From the NCBI GenBank assembly GCA_051294375.1, contig JBJCIZ010000056.1:10687-29358 (forward strand): a stretch of DNA of 18,672 nt, given 5' to 3'. Positions 8,291 through 18,672 of the stretch are shown here, piece by piece (the first letter of the stretch is position 1; the number at the start of each line of letters is the position of its first letter). This stretch comes from Paraspadella gotoi (Eukaryota > Animalia > Chaetognatha). A program made the translations under genes and the position numbers. Under the pieces are notes generated by a model. It saw only the letters and a list, made by a program, of their open reading frames with translations, did not search any database and had not been told where the DNA came from.

Positions 8291-9271
8291 ATGCGCTAGG
8301 GAGGTGATACCGCCTCATTCACGCGAGTACCATCGATCGATAGTTTTTAACCCAATTTTGCATGGACAGATTCACACTAAGGGAAGGTAACGAAACATTA
8401 GGATGATCGCCAGAAGAAAGACTATTCGAGAGCAATCAAGCGGCGAGACGAGGCACTGAAGTTCCTTTTTTCGATCGTCTTTTTGAGAGTAATGATTTGG
8501 GAACGCGAGAAGAACATCTAATAAATTAAAAATAAGGTCAGAAAAACTTAGTTAAGATGGAATCAATTTGTTTGGATTTTTCTTTATACCGGCCCTCTGA
8601 AATAGTGTAATTTAGCTCAATAGGAGAGCTATGTGAAGAGTGTTTGGCCGTTTTAAGGTTTAAGAGCAGATAAAAATCCCTTGACATTTGTCAATAGCAT
8701 TGAAATAATCACAGAGACAGACCGTTGAATTAAGCAGGAAAACACATCTTTATTTGACACAGGTACCTTATTATGACAAGTGGAGGCAGTTGGATAATAA
8801 AACTTTGGCCAGCAAATGCGTCAGCTTAAAGCTAAAAGGAATAGAAAAATTATTTTTTACTTTATATTTAAATAAAAAATCACAAAATAATCAAACAGTG
8901 TTTTACCTACATTATGGTCCTTAGAAACGCCCTAGATATACTACAAGAAAAATGTCCCTTTTTATACCAGTAAAGAAACCAATCAAGCAAACTAGAAGAT
9001 CAGCTATCAAATTTAAAATTAACTAAATCAGGACTAGGATATTATGTTTACTGCTATAGCATCACTTTGTGCACAGGGACCAATTTTTATAGCTAAATTA
9101 TTCTCTATAACCATAAAGATAGTTTGCTAAGTAAGGTAGCAACACAGAGCGAGCATGACGCAGGTTGCTATTGCGGGGAATTTTAGATAAACCAGAACTA
9201 GAGACAATCATCAAAACTCTGATATGAGCAGTAGCAACACTCTAGAGATTGTTAATTTAAAATCATTTCTA

Positions 9272-9620
9272 ACAAAGGCGATTGGCCCTTTTAAAGTTAA
9301 CGGCGCAATTGGCCTTCTAAGGGAGTGTCCTTCGAAAAAGGAGTGGCCTCCAGAAGGTAGGTTGCCATTGAAAGATAAGTGGCGCCTTTCAAAGGGATTT
9401 CGGTGATCATTTTACATAAGGAGTAGCCTTCACAAAGTACTTGTGCCTTCATAACGTGATCTGTAGCCCCTCTAATTATGCGGTACCTCTCGGTGTTGCC
9501 TTTCAAACGGCGCTTGCGCGCTTTAAAGGAGTGGCCCTCATCGAGGGATCTTGCCCACCAAGGAAATTCTCTGGCCTTTTAATATAGAGTCGCGCCCCGA
9601 CAGTAAAGTTGGTCTTTCGA
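9272..9620. repeat. Degenerate minisatellite, unit ~AAAGGAGTGGCCTTT(C)
   Basis: Recurrent aaaggagtggcctcc, aagggagtgtccttc, aaggagtagccttc, aaaggagtggccctc; many units are degraded. Confidence 0.6.
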
Positions 9621-9756
9621 ATTGCATTTCTCTTAATTATCTCCCTCATTACTTACGTACTTCGTTACGATTTTCCCGACTAACAGTAAGCTACGGATTG
9701 CGATTTTGGCAGACGCGGAGATATTTCGCGGGGGGTCTCTATGAACTGTCAATCAT

Positions 9757-9830
9757 CTCTTCCTCTCTCTCTCTCTCTCTCTCCTCCTACTCTCTCTCTC
9801 TCTCGTCTAGCATCTCCTCTTCTCTCTCTA
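9757..9830. repeat. (CT)n microsatellite
   Basis: Interrupted ctctct run. Confidence 0.9.
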
Positions 9831-10209
9831 CTTTCTTCCCAATATTTGCAACACTAAATAGTTTTACTCTTATTTCTCTAATTTCTTACTCGTAGTTAAA
9901 AATAAAGTTAAATAATTTTCATTTATTTTTTTGTCCTCTATGCGTATTATCTATGTTTCGCGTTAAAACGAGATCCGGGAAAAATACGACTAGGGGATCA
10001 TAAATCGATACGAATTAGGACTATAAGAAGAATGGAAATGTCATTCAATATAATATTTTATGAAAGGATTAAAAATCTAAGTCTTTATCTTTCTCTTATA
10101 ATCTGCTCCTCCCTAAAGTCGTGGAAATATTATAGGTTAAAAGAATAGAAAAATTATTTTGAAAAAAATGCGAGAACTCTAACTCAGAAAGTTTCATTTT
10201 GAGAAACAA

Positions 10210-10610
10210 TTAATTTATGCTAAATATAAAAAATTGTAAAAATGCAGATAAAGCATAGGATAAGATAAAGATAAGATAAGAGTAAAGATAAATAAGTAAA
10301 AATTGATAAGTAAAGATAAGATTAAGTAAAGCATTAGATAAGTAAAGAATAAGATAAGTAAACGATAGAGCAGAAAAAACGAAAAGAAAAGAATAAAAAT
10401 GAAATATAATGATATGCATTTATGGTGTTGACCATAAGTGGAAAAGAAAATGGAGAGCAAATAAAAATAAGAAGATAATTAGTCATGATGCAATGAGAGT
10501 AAGAAGATAAAAGAGAAAGAGAGCAAGAGAAGGGAGCAAAGAGAGAGAAGACATGAAAGTTAAAGAAGCTTAGAAAAAAGCGACAGAAAGAGAAGAAATT
10601 GAGAAGAATC
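10210..10610. repeat. A-rich low-complexity tract ((AAGAT/AAGTA)n, then AG-rich)
   Basis: taagataaagataagataagagtaaagataaataagtaaaa... Confidence 0.75.
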
Positions 10611-11364
10611 CAGAGTTCAGTTTAGATAGGAGAATGAGGAGGAGAGAGAATAAAGGACCTTTGCCTACTAAACGTATAGCAACGTTCAAAAGATATAACA
10701 AAAACCCCAAATGGAACTCTCTACTCTCCTCATCTCTCTCATCTCATCTCTTCTCAATCTCTCCTCCATACTCCTCTTCTCTCTTTCTTTTTCTTGATCC
10801 ATTTTTCTTTTATAATAATTTTAGATATCCTATTTATTTACTTTCAACAACATGCGCTAATTGTGATGTATCGATCGAACCCTCCTCGTTACAATTTAGC
10901 TTAAACATAATCAATTGTATAGACTAACTCCAAGCCAAAGGAAATGCCCGGCGGAAAAATGAAACTAAAACAGCAATAACGCTTTTATTAACTAGAAATA
11001 ATTATAAATAAAGTTCATGCTTGAAGAAAAGAAATAAAAAAGGAACAACGGAAAATATACCAAAAGACAAAAGGTTAAACAACTAAATTATGTTGGATGT
11101 CAATATCCCATTGCCAAATGCCTTAACACAACTAAAACAGACAAACCATACGAACAATTTTTCTTTTGTTTCACCGTCTCTTTTTTACGATTCTCCATTA
11201 TTTTTTTGGGTTCTTGATCTGAAAACAGGCTAAAGTTTTTACCAGAATTCATAGAGTAGACGCTTTTGGTCTTACTTTCTTTGCTCATATTTTAGACGGT
11301 TACACACACACACAACACTTCTTTCCTTTCCAAGTCTACTCTTCATTGCTCTTCTACTCTTATC

Positions 11365-11435
11365 TCGTCCTTTCTCTCTCTCTCTCTTCTCTCTCTTCTC
11401 TCTCTCTCTCTTTCTTTTCATCTTTTTTTTCTTTT
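11365..11435. repeat. (CT)n / T-rich microsatellite
   Basis: ttctctctctctctcttctctctcttctctctctctctc. Confidence 0.9.
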
Positions 11436-11994
11436 AAATCACTAATCTCTATTCTCTTTTCTTATTTCCGTGAAATTTATCCTTTTGTTAAATTTAGTTA
11501 ATTAATATTAGAAAACTATACATTAAACTTTAGATTGAAATTAGACAATTATCTATATCTTATAAACAAACTCTGTTTCAATAAACAAGGCTACCATTGC
11601 TAGAAATTCACAAAGAAGCTAAATGGTAATTAGATACCAAAATATAGTTATTTAGATCGTGATTAAAAATACTAAAAACTTTCGTAATTTTCGAACGCTA
11701 AGCACTAGAGAAAGATAATCTAAAATACATAAATAACTATAAGAGAAGTAAAAAATAGCGCATATTGATAAAATCAATAATTTTAAAAATGAATTACTTG
11801 TATTTATCTCGTTTTATTCCAAACTAATGACGAAAATAACTTATATAATAAGACTGTATAAAGAGATATTAAGTTACAGTTGTATTAAGTATAAGAAATA
11901 GTTCTATATTTGTATTTTTAGCTGTCTAATATTAAATTCTCAGATGGCAAATGAATCTTTTTCTCGAAATGAAAAAGTACAACCTGTGAATCGG

Positions 11995-12220
11995 AGAGAG
12001 AGAGAGAAGAGAGGAGACGAGAGAGAAGAAAGAGAGATGGAGAGAAGAAGAGAGAAGAGAAGAGAAGAGAGACACTTCACGCCTCGCCGTGGTTTCGGTA
12101 TCTCACTGTCCCTGTACACTGTATATTTCCCTCCATGGTCTCTCTACTCTTCTCTGCATCCTCCTCCCTCTCTCTCTCTCTCTCTCCTCTCATCTCTCTC
12201 CATCTCTCCTCTCCCTCCAT
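11995..12220. repeat. (GA)n tract (11995-12072) facing a (CT)n tract (~12140-12218)
   Basis: A purine run and a pyrimidine run separated by ~65 nt. Confidence 0.85.
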
Positions 12221-12294
12221 TTCATTTACAATTTAGCGTATCCCAAATAATCACTTGAATTTGACTTGCACTGAGATCGCCACTGGAAAAGCGC

Positions 12295-12484
12295 TACGCG
12301 ACACGACGACGACGATGATTTGACGTAAACGACGACGATTTGATGACCACACGACGCGAGATAACAACGAAGACTGATGACAATAACGATGAATAAAGAC
12401 GCACCGCACAACCGAAGAACGCCCGACGACGATTGGTGTATGCATGACGACGGCACGACAAAACGACGCGACGACGACAACGAT
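12295..12484. repeat. Degenerate (ACG)n microsatellite
   Basis: acgacgacgacgatg...aaacgacgcgacgacgacaacg. Confidence 0.8.
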
Positions 12485-12931
12485 TTTCATGAATAAGATG
12501 TGGAAAAAATATATAACTTTTTTTTAAATTGAAATTCAATTTTTGTTTCGCTTGAAAAATTTCATTCTGTTCTTAATTATTTCTGGAAGCAAGATTATAA
12601 TTTTTGAAGAAGAAGGACGAGTTTTCAAAACTTTGCTGGCCGCTCTAACTGGACGACAATCAATTAGGCGTTTTAATATAAAGTCTTTTAAAGAATTGAA
12701 AGAGTTTTTGTAATTTAAATCAAATTAAAATTAGACTTAAAAGGAGTATTCCTTGTATATCAATTGAACATTCTTCTTGAAAATTAATTCCACTTCACTT
12801 GCATAAGGACTGACTTTGGAAACGAGACTGTGAGAGAGTTCTTGATTGAAAAGCTCTCTTTTATATTGGATTGAATGTACCAATTTGAATTTTATTAAAT
12901 ATCAGAACATTATTCTTTTATTTTTTAAGAT

Positions 12932-12934
<3 letters not shown>

Positions 12935-12973
<39 letters not shown>

Positions 12974-12990
12974 TCTCTCTCTCTCTCTCT
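12935..12990. repeat. (CT)n microsatellite
   Basis: Nearly pure ctct run. Confidence 0.95.
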
Positions 12991-13134
12991 GCCCACAAAA
13001 AATAAGGAACACCCACAACTTTAGTTACCCAGAATCTAAACAAACCACATCGATGCTCAAACAATCAACAACAAAAACAACAACAACAACGAAACTGAAT
13101 AAAAAGAAGCGTCTGTACCGCAGCGTCACGTGAT

Positions 13135-13460
13135 AATGTCCGCCTTCTCTAGAAGAGCGGAAAAAGAGAATTTCATTCGTCTCGTCGTTCGTCGTCGTTC
13201 GTCGTCGTCGTTCGTCGTCGTCTTCATCGTCTTTCGTCCGTCGTCATCGTCGCCCGTCACGTCCACGACTTTTATGCTGACATTTCCGGTGATATGAGAG
13301 GAAATGCGGTGAACAAGGAGAGAATTCGGAATTGAGCAGAGAGAGAGAGAGAGAGAGACGAGAGAGGAGAGAGAGAGCACGAAGACGGAGAGAGGAGAGA
13401 GAGTATTAGGAATTAAACATATGAAAGGCGGCCTTGTAGGCACCATTTTTCGGGCCTTTA
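13135..13460 (+). mobile_element. Candidate Helentron-associated non-autonomous element (HINE/DINE-1-like)
   Basis: 5' stem-loop TCCGCCTTCT-CT-AGAAGAGCGGA (13139-13161), then a (GTC)n microsatellite (~13180-13258), a (GA)n tract, a sub-terminal inverted copy GAAAGGCGG (13423-13431) and a short 3' hairpin AGGCACC..GGGCCT (13438-13457) followed by TT. This is the architecture described for DINE-1/HINE elements. Confidence 0.45.
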
Positions 13461-13764
13461 AAAGCTACTTCACTAAGATTAGTCTTTTGTATGTCTCACA
13501 TAGAAGATAAAGATAAAAAAAAGAACGAGACAGAGAAAAAAAAGAAAGTTTATGTCCAACAGAGAAAAAGAAAGAAAGAGGAGACAGAGAATCGGAAGAG
13601 AGGAGATGAACGAGAAGAGAAGAGAAGATCCGTCCTCGACGATGAGAGAGAGAGAGAGAGAGGCAGACTGAAGCACGCGCCAAAAAAAATCCTTCTCTTT
13701 TAATGACCATCTTGAACAGTAATTTCTCATTATTCCGAAGTCTTTTTCTTGCCACCGCCCGAAA

Positions 13765-14432
13765 CTAAATCACCTTTGCAAAGAGATCACTTAGAAAGAG
13801 ATCCCACCTTGGAAAAGATGATCACTTTGAAAGAGAATCACTTTGGAAAGAGATAACTTTTCATTGATGCATCACTTTTAAAAGAGCATCACCTTGGAAA
13901 GAAATCCACCTCTGCCAATAAGATCATCTTGGAAAGAGATCACTTTTGCGAAATAACATGAAAAGAAATCGCTTAGAAAAAGAGATCAACCTTTGGAAAA
14001 GACTCAGGTAACTTAAGAAAGTGACGTTACAAACCTTACAAAGAGATCAGCTTGGAAAAACGATATTTTTGTAAAGAGATTTATTTGGAAAGAGATCACT
14101 TTTCGAAAGTGAATCATCTTGCCCAAGAGATCAGGCTTGGAAAGCAGAATCTTTTTGTAAAGAGATTATTTTGGAAGAGATCACTTATGGAAAGTGGATC
14201 ATTATTTGCCAAAGAGAATCTGCTCTGCGAACAAAATACTTTTTTTAAAGAGATCATTTTGGAAAGAGATCACCTTAGCAACAGAGCATCAGCTTGGAAA
14301 GAGATCTATTTTAGTAAAGAGATCATTTTTAGGAAAAGATCACCTTGCGTAAGTGATCATCTTGCAAAGAGATCAGCTCTGGAAGAGATCTTTTTTTAGT
14401 AAAGAGATCATTTGGAAAGAGATCACCTATGG
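13765..14432. repeat. Minisatellite array, ~16-18-bp unit GGAAAGAGATCAC(C)TTT, roughly 35-40 degenerate copies
   Basis: aaagagatcacttag, ggaaagagatcacttttg, ggaaagagatcaccttag, aaagagatcatttgg etc., arranged head to tail. Confidence 0.9.
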
Positions 14433-14567
14433 AAACTCATTAATCACTTATCTCTACAACTTGAGACTTTTTAATTATTTGCGAATAGAGAAGAGAGGCG
14501 GGGAAAGCAGGCGGCAGAGGCGACAAGAAGAGCGCGCGTGTGTCATGGTCATCAACCCCCCCGTATC

Positions 14568-15281
14568 AACGATCGAACCTGATCGGTGGACTGCTCTAAA
14601 AACGAACCAATGAAAGCGAAGTTTGTCGGTTGATTCTAAACCAATCAGAGCCCGAGTTTGGACAAAACGCCCGTTTGACAATAAATACTAATAATTTTAT
14701 ATTATTTAAGTTTTCTATTATAAAATATTGTATATACCAGACAAATCTACTACATTAAGCTTTTACGGGCGATCTCAGAAAAAATCTACCGAGGTCGTAC
14801 CAACGATCGAACCTCAACGGTTGGGTGCTTTAAAAACGAACCAATGAAAGCGAAGTCTGTCGGTTGAATCTAAACCAATCAGAGCCCGAGTTTGGACAAA
14901 ACGCCCGTNNNNNNNNNNNNNNNNNNNNNNNNNNNNNNNNNNNNNNNNNNNNNNNNNNNNNNNNNNNNNNNNNNNNNNNNNNNNNNNNNNNNNNNNNNTC
15001 TTTCATTGTAAGATATGCGACTTTGAATGTATAATACTTACTTAATGTAGTGAGATTCTGTCTGGTATATGGTTACAATATTTTAATTAATATGAAAACT
15101 TAATATAAATATATAAATTTATTAGTTTTATTGTCAAAGCGGTCGTTTTGGGGATGCAGTTTTGAATCGGCCAATCATCGTTCAACACTGGAGTCTTCTC
15201 AGTTTCTCGCTCCCCATTGGTTCATTTTTAAAGCACCCAACCGATCAGGTTCGATCGTTGGTACGACCTCGGTAGATTTTT
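14568..15281. repeat. ~233-bp tandem unit (14568 and 14802) with an inverted copy (~15040-15281): foldback/MITE-like structure around a gap
   Basis: aacgatcgaacct...aaaaacgaaccaatgaaagcgaagt..gtcggttga.tctaaaccaatcagagcccgagtttggacaaaacgcccgt occurs twice. aaaaaatctaccgaggtcgtaccaacgatcgaacct (14780-14814) is inverted at ~15247-15282. Confidence 0.75.
14909..14998. other. Assembly gap (90 N)
   Basis: N run. Confidence 1.
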
Positions 15282-15414
15282 TATGCCAATTCTTCATGGG
15301 GTGGAGATCCACGGTTTGGCAACTGCAACGAACGAGAGGATGAGACGGCGGTACATAGTACTGCTTTTCGAGGATGAGGTCATGACATTACACTTCTTAA
15401 ATTTTACAAAAGAT

Positions 15415-15514
15415 NNNNNNNNNNNNNNNNNNNNNNNNNNNNNNNNNNNNNNNNNNNNNNNNNNNNNNNNNNNNNNNNNNNNNNNNNNNNNNNNNNNNNN
15501 NNNNNNNNNNNNNN
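15415..15514. other. Assembly gap (100 N, probably unknown size) hiding the 3' LTR of copy 2
   Basis: N run that begins 3 nt (TGT, minus strand) into the expected ~670-bp LTR. Confidence 0.9.
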
Positions 15515-15518
15515 ACAA

Positions 15519-15525
15519 CCCCCCC
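15519..15525 (-). promoter_or_regulatory. Polypurine tract of copy 2
   Basis: Minus strand reads cgtctGGGGGGGttgt, identical to copy 1 at 5176-5191. Confidence 0.85.
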
Positions 15526-15717
15526 AGACGAAAATACAGGTATTTAAGGAACGATTGGGCTCAATATACTTAATGTGTTGAAAATACAGATTTTCGGTAA
15601 GTTGAGTGTAAAAAGTAAAAATCGAATTGAATATCTATATGTAAGAATGCAAGATAATAAATAAAAATATTAAAGTACATTAATGGAAATATATGATAAA
15701 AAGGTTTGTAAAATGAC

Positions 15718-16388
15718 TCACGATATGTTGAGTATATGACGAAGCACGGAGTTATAGTTTGGTCTATTTGAACCATTTATAATTTTATCCGAGGAGTCTT
15801 TCGGCGTCGTAACGACGGCATTAGCGCCTTGGCGACAGCAAGCGTCCATATTCTTCGGTCGTGGAAATGGACGAAGGCCAGAACGACGTCGTTGTCGTGG
15901 CGTTAGGAGTGGGCGTGGCTGACGCAAGGGTGGCGTCGGATTGGCTCTAGGCGATGGGAGGGGAGCGTCAGAAGGGAGAGTCGGCATTGGATCAATGGTA
16001 ATATTTGTTGCTGCGGTTGCGTCTTTTTGCTGACTCGAAATGGGTGTTGGCGCCACTGGAGTTCGCTCTCGTTCTGGCGAAACTTGGTTTCGAATTGGCG
16101 GCGTTGCTGTCGTTTCTCGATGGCGAGTCTCTGAATGAGTCTGACGCGTCGTTGGCGCCGGAAAACGTCTGCGCGGGCCTGGAGGACGTCTTGGAGGTGG
16201 TGGTGGAAGTGGAGGGGGAGGTTGTGATGAAACTTCCCCGTTATCGTCGTCCCTCCAGATGGTTGCGGGCTTGATTCGTGAGATTGCGATCGTCTCCACT
16301 CCTCGACCAGGGATTTCGACTCGAAAATTGAGGTTGTCTCTCGCTATAACGCGATAAGGGCCTTGGTAGGGCGCTGTGAGTGGAGGTT
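15718..16388 (-). CDS. pol: Pol C-terminus of copy 2 (GPY/F module and Pro/Arg-rich tail)
   Basis: PPLTAPYQGPYRVIARDNLNFRVEIPGRG...RPNYNSVLRHILNIS*, homologous to copy 1 at 4268-4992. Confidence 0.92.
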
Positions 16389-17287
16389 NNNNNNNNNNNN
16401 NNNNNNNNNNNNNNNNNNNNNNNNNNNNNNNNNNNNNNNNNNNNNNNNNNNNNNNNNNNNNNNNNNNNNNNNNNNNNNNNNNNNNNNNNNNNNNNNNNNN
16501 NNNNNNNNNNNNNNNNNNNNNNNNNNNNNNNNNNNNNNNNNNNNNNNNNNNNNNNNNNNNNNNNNNNNNNNNNNNNNNNNNNNNNNNNNNNNNNNNNNNN
16601 NNNNNNNNNNNNNNNNNNNNNNNNNNNNNNNNNNNNNNNNNNNNNNNNNNNNNNNNNNNNNNNNNNNNNNNNNNNNNNNNNNNNNNNNNNNNNNNNNNNN
16701 NNNNNNNNNNNNNNNNNNNNNNNNNNNNNNNNNNNNNNNNNNNNNNNNNNNNNNNNNNNNNNNNNNNNNNNNNNNNNNNNNNNNNNNNNNNNNNNNNNNN
16801 NNNNNNNNNNNNNNNNNNNNNNNNNNNNNNNNNNNNNNNNNNNNNNNNNNNNNNNNNNNNNNNNNNNNNNNNNNNNNNNNNNNNNNNNNNNNNNNNNNNN
16901 NNNNNNNNNNNNNNNNNNNNNNNNNNNNNNNNNNNNNNNNNNNNNNNNNNNNNNNNNNNNNNNNNNNNNNNNNNNNNNNNNNNNNNNNNNNNNNNNNNNN
17001 NNNNNNNNNNNNNNNNNNNNNNNNNNNNNNNNNNNNNNNNNNNNNNNNNNNNNNNNNNNNNNNNNNNNNNNNNNNNNNNNNNNNNNNNNNNNNNNNNNNN
17101 NNNNNNNNNNNNNNNNNNNNNNNNNNNNNNNNNNNNNNNNNNNNNNNNNNNNNNNNNNNNNNNNNNNNNNNNNNNNNNNNNNNNNNNNNNNNNNNNNNNN
17201 NNNNNNNNNNNNNNNNNNNNNNNNNNNNNNNNNNNNNNNNNNNNNNNNNNNNNNNNNNNNNNNNNNNNNNNNNNNNNNNNNNNNNNN
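16389..17287. other. Assembly gap (899 N) covering the integrase core of copy 2
   Basis: N run; the flanks correspond to copy 1 positions 3538 and 4268 (729 bp between them). Confidence 0.95.
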
Positions 17288-18340
17288 AAGATATGCATTC
17301 TCTTGCCCAGCGGCTTGCGTCAGCCTTGATCGACGGCCACACAAACTTTGAAGTTAAAGTTTCCCTTGTGCGGGCAACGCCGGGATGCCCGAGGCCATGG
17401 ACGGCGTCGAAAACTTTTTTGCGCCACGCTTGGGGAACAAAGGGTCTGGCGGGGCCGTTTGAGACATCGACGAGAAGTTGCTGACTGCCGACAGTGACCT
17501 TCCTGAAGCTGAGTCCCGTTCTAGCGTCATTGGAGAGGGCTTGGAAGTCCTTGTCCATTGCTTGATGTCGAGCCATCTCTTCCAAATCTATCCCTTCTTG
17601 GCCGATTGCATTTATTGTGGCCCTGAGATCTTCAGTTTTCTCGGGAGCAACTGGGCGCTCTACGAGGGAGACAGAGGCGTCAGCGAGTGAGACGGGGGCG
17701 TCGACGAGGTCGACGGGAGTGTTGATGAGAGAGCCGGCAGGCTTGTCAATGGAAGTATCTGCTGAGGCGACGATTGGTGGCGGGCTTGGCCTCGACAGAG
17801 CGTCCGCTACCACGTTAGCTTTGCCGCGGACGTGGCGTATGTCCGTTGTAAATTCTGAGATGACGGACAGCTGGAAATTGTGTCTTGTCGTTTGTGGCTC
17901 CGCACGTTTATGAAGGGCATGGATGAGGGATTGATGATCAGTATATAGGGTAAATGCCCTTCCCTCGATCCAATGCTTGAAATGCCTTACTGCACGGAAA
18001 GCTCCGTACAGTTCCCTGTCAAAGGGAGGCCAGCGCCTCTGAGCTTCGTCTAGCTTGGCCGAGAAGAAGGCCAGAGGTTCCCACCCTTGATCTGTCCGCT
18101 GCTCGAGTACTGCGCCGACTGCGTAGTCAGAGGCGTCTGTCGTGACGGCCAGTTGGGCGTTTGATCTTGGGTGTCGAAGCAAGGCTGCATTGGCGAGGGC
18201 GTCCTTAACGGCCTCGAAAGCCATGGCGCACTTCGGAGTCCAAGCTAGCTGCTTGGGCTTGCCCTTCAGGGCGTCGTAGAGGGCAGAGGCGTGATGAGCG
18301 GCATTTGGGAGGAAACGACGGTAATAATTTACCATTCCTA
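17288..18340 (-). CDS. pol: Pol of copy 2: RT connection, RNase H, integrase zinc finger
   Basis: MVNYYRRFLP...TTDASD...YTDHQSL...HGLGHPG...WARECIS, open and near-identical to the copy 1 protein. Confidence 0.95.
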
Positions 18341-18504
18341 NNNNNNNNNNNNNNNNNNNNNNNNNNNNNNNNNNNNNNNNNNNNNNNNNNNNNNNNNNNN
18401 NNNNNNNNNNNNNNNNNNNNNNNNNNNNNNNNNNNNNNNNNNNNNNNNNNNNNNNNNNNNNNNNNNNNNNNNNNNNNNNNNNNNNNNNNNNNNNNNNNNN
18501 NNNN
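18341..18504. other. Assembly gap (164 N)
   Basis: N run; corresponds to copy 1 positions 2416-2506. Confidence 0.95.
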
Positions 18505-18672
18505 CCATATAGCCTAAAAACTCAAGGGATTCCTTGCCGAGGACACACTTCTGCCTGTTGACGACCAGACCGTTGTCTGCTAGGGCACTGAAGACTTGCT
18601 CCAGGTCGTGGAGATGCTGCTGCTGATCCTCACTGGCCACCAGAATGTCGTCTAAATAGACGAAGGTGTGCG
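18505..18672 (-). CDS. pol: Reverse transcriptase fragment of copy 2 (continues beyond the window)
   Basis: HTFVYLDDILVASEDQQQHLHDLEQVFSALADNGLVVNRQKCVLGKESLEFLGYM; YLDD at 18647-18658. Confidence 0.95.

Larger units (their letters stand above)
15515..18672 (-). mobile_element. Ty3/Gypsy LTR retrotransposon, copy 2 of the same family (partial, gapped, runs off the window)
   Basis: Reverse complement is colinear with copy 1 from ~2250 to 5191: RT YLDD, RNase H, IN start, IN tail, 3' UTR, PPT and TGT. Confidence 0.95.

Noticed and set aside
9551-14399. Multiple 60-115-aa ORFs (SLSLS, RERE, SSSS/RRRR, KEII-rich)
   Set aside because: Translations of micro- and minisatellites; no domain motifs.
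13765-14432. CRISPR array
   Set aside because: Short degenerate head-to-tail units without unique spacers, no cas genes, eukaryotic context.
16241-17484. Long ORFs dominated by X
   Set aside because: Artefacts of translating the N gap.

Overview
Eukaryotic (probably invertebrate) repeat-rich scaffold segment with five N-gaps and no recognisable host gene. It is framed by two convergent (tail-to-tail) copies of one Ty3/Gypsy LTR retrotransposon family that looks like the CsRn1 lineage (tRNA-Trp PBS, CHCC-type Gag knuckle, PR-RT-RH-IN order). Copy 1 (+, ~1-5861) is nearly complete: end of the 5' LTR, PBS, gag, a clear -1 frameshift signal, pol broken by a few 1-nt indels that look like assembly errors, PPT and a ~673-bp 3' LTR. 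Copy 2 (-, 15515 to >18672) shows part of RT, RH-IN, the 3' UTR and the PPT, with gaps. The ~9.5 kb between them holds two foldback-like inverted-repeat elements built from tandem units, two quasi-palindromic minisatellites, a candidate Helentron-associated (HINE/DINE-1-like) element and GA/ACG microsatellites. Much of this interval looks like noisy long-read gap fill. I see no solid evidence for a wholly new system. The best leads are the antisense Pol III-like cassette and hairpin series in the LTR, the D-G-G protease site, and the long, frame-preserved integrase tail.
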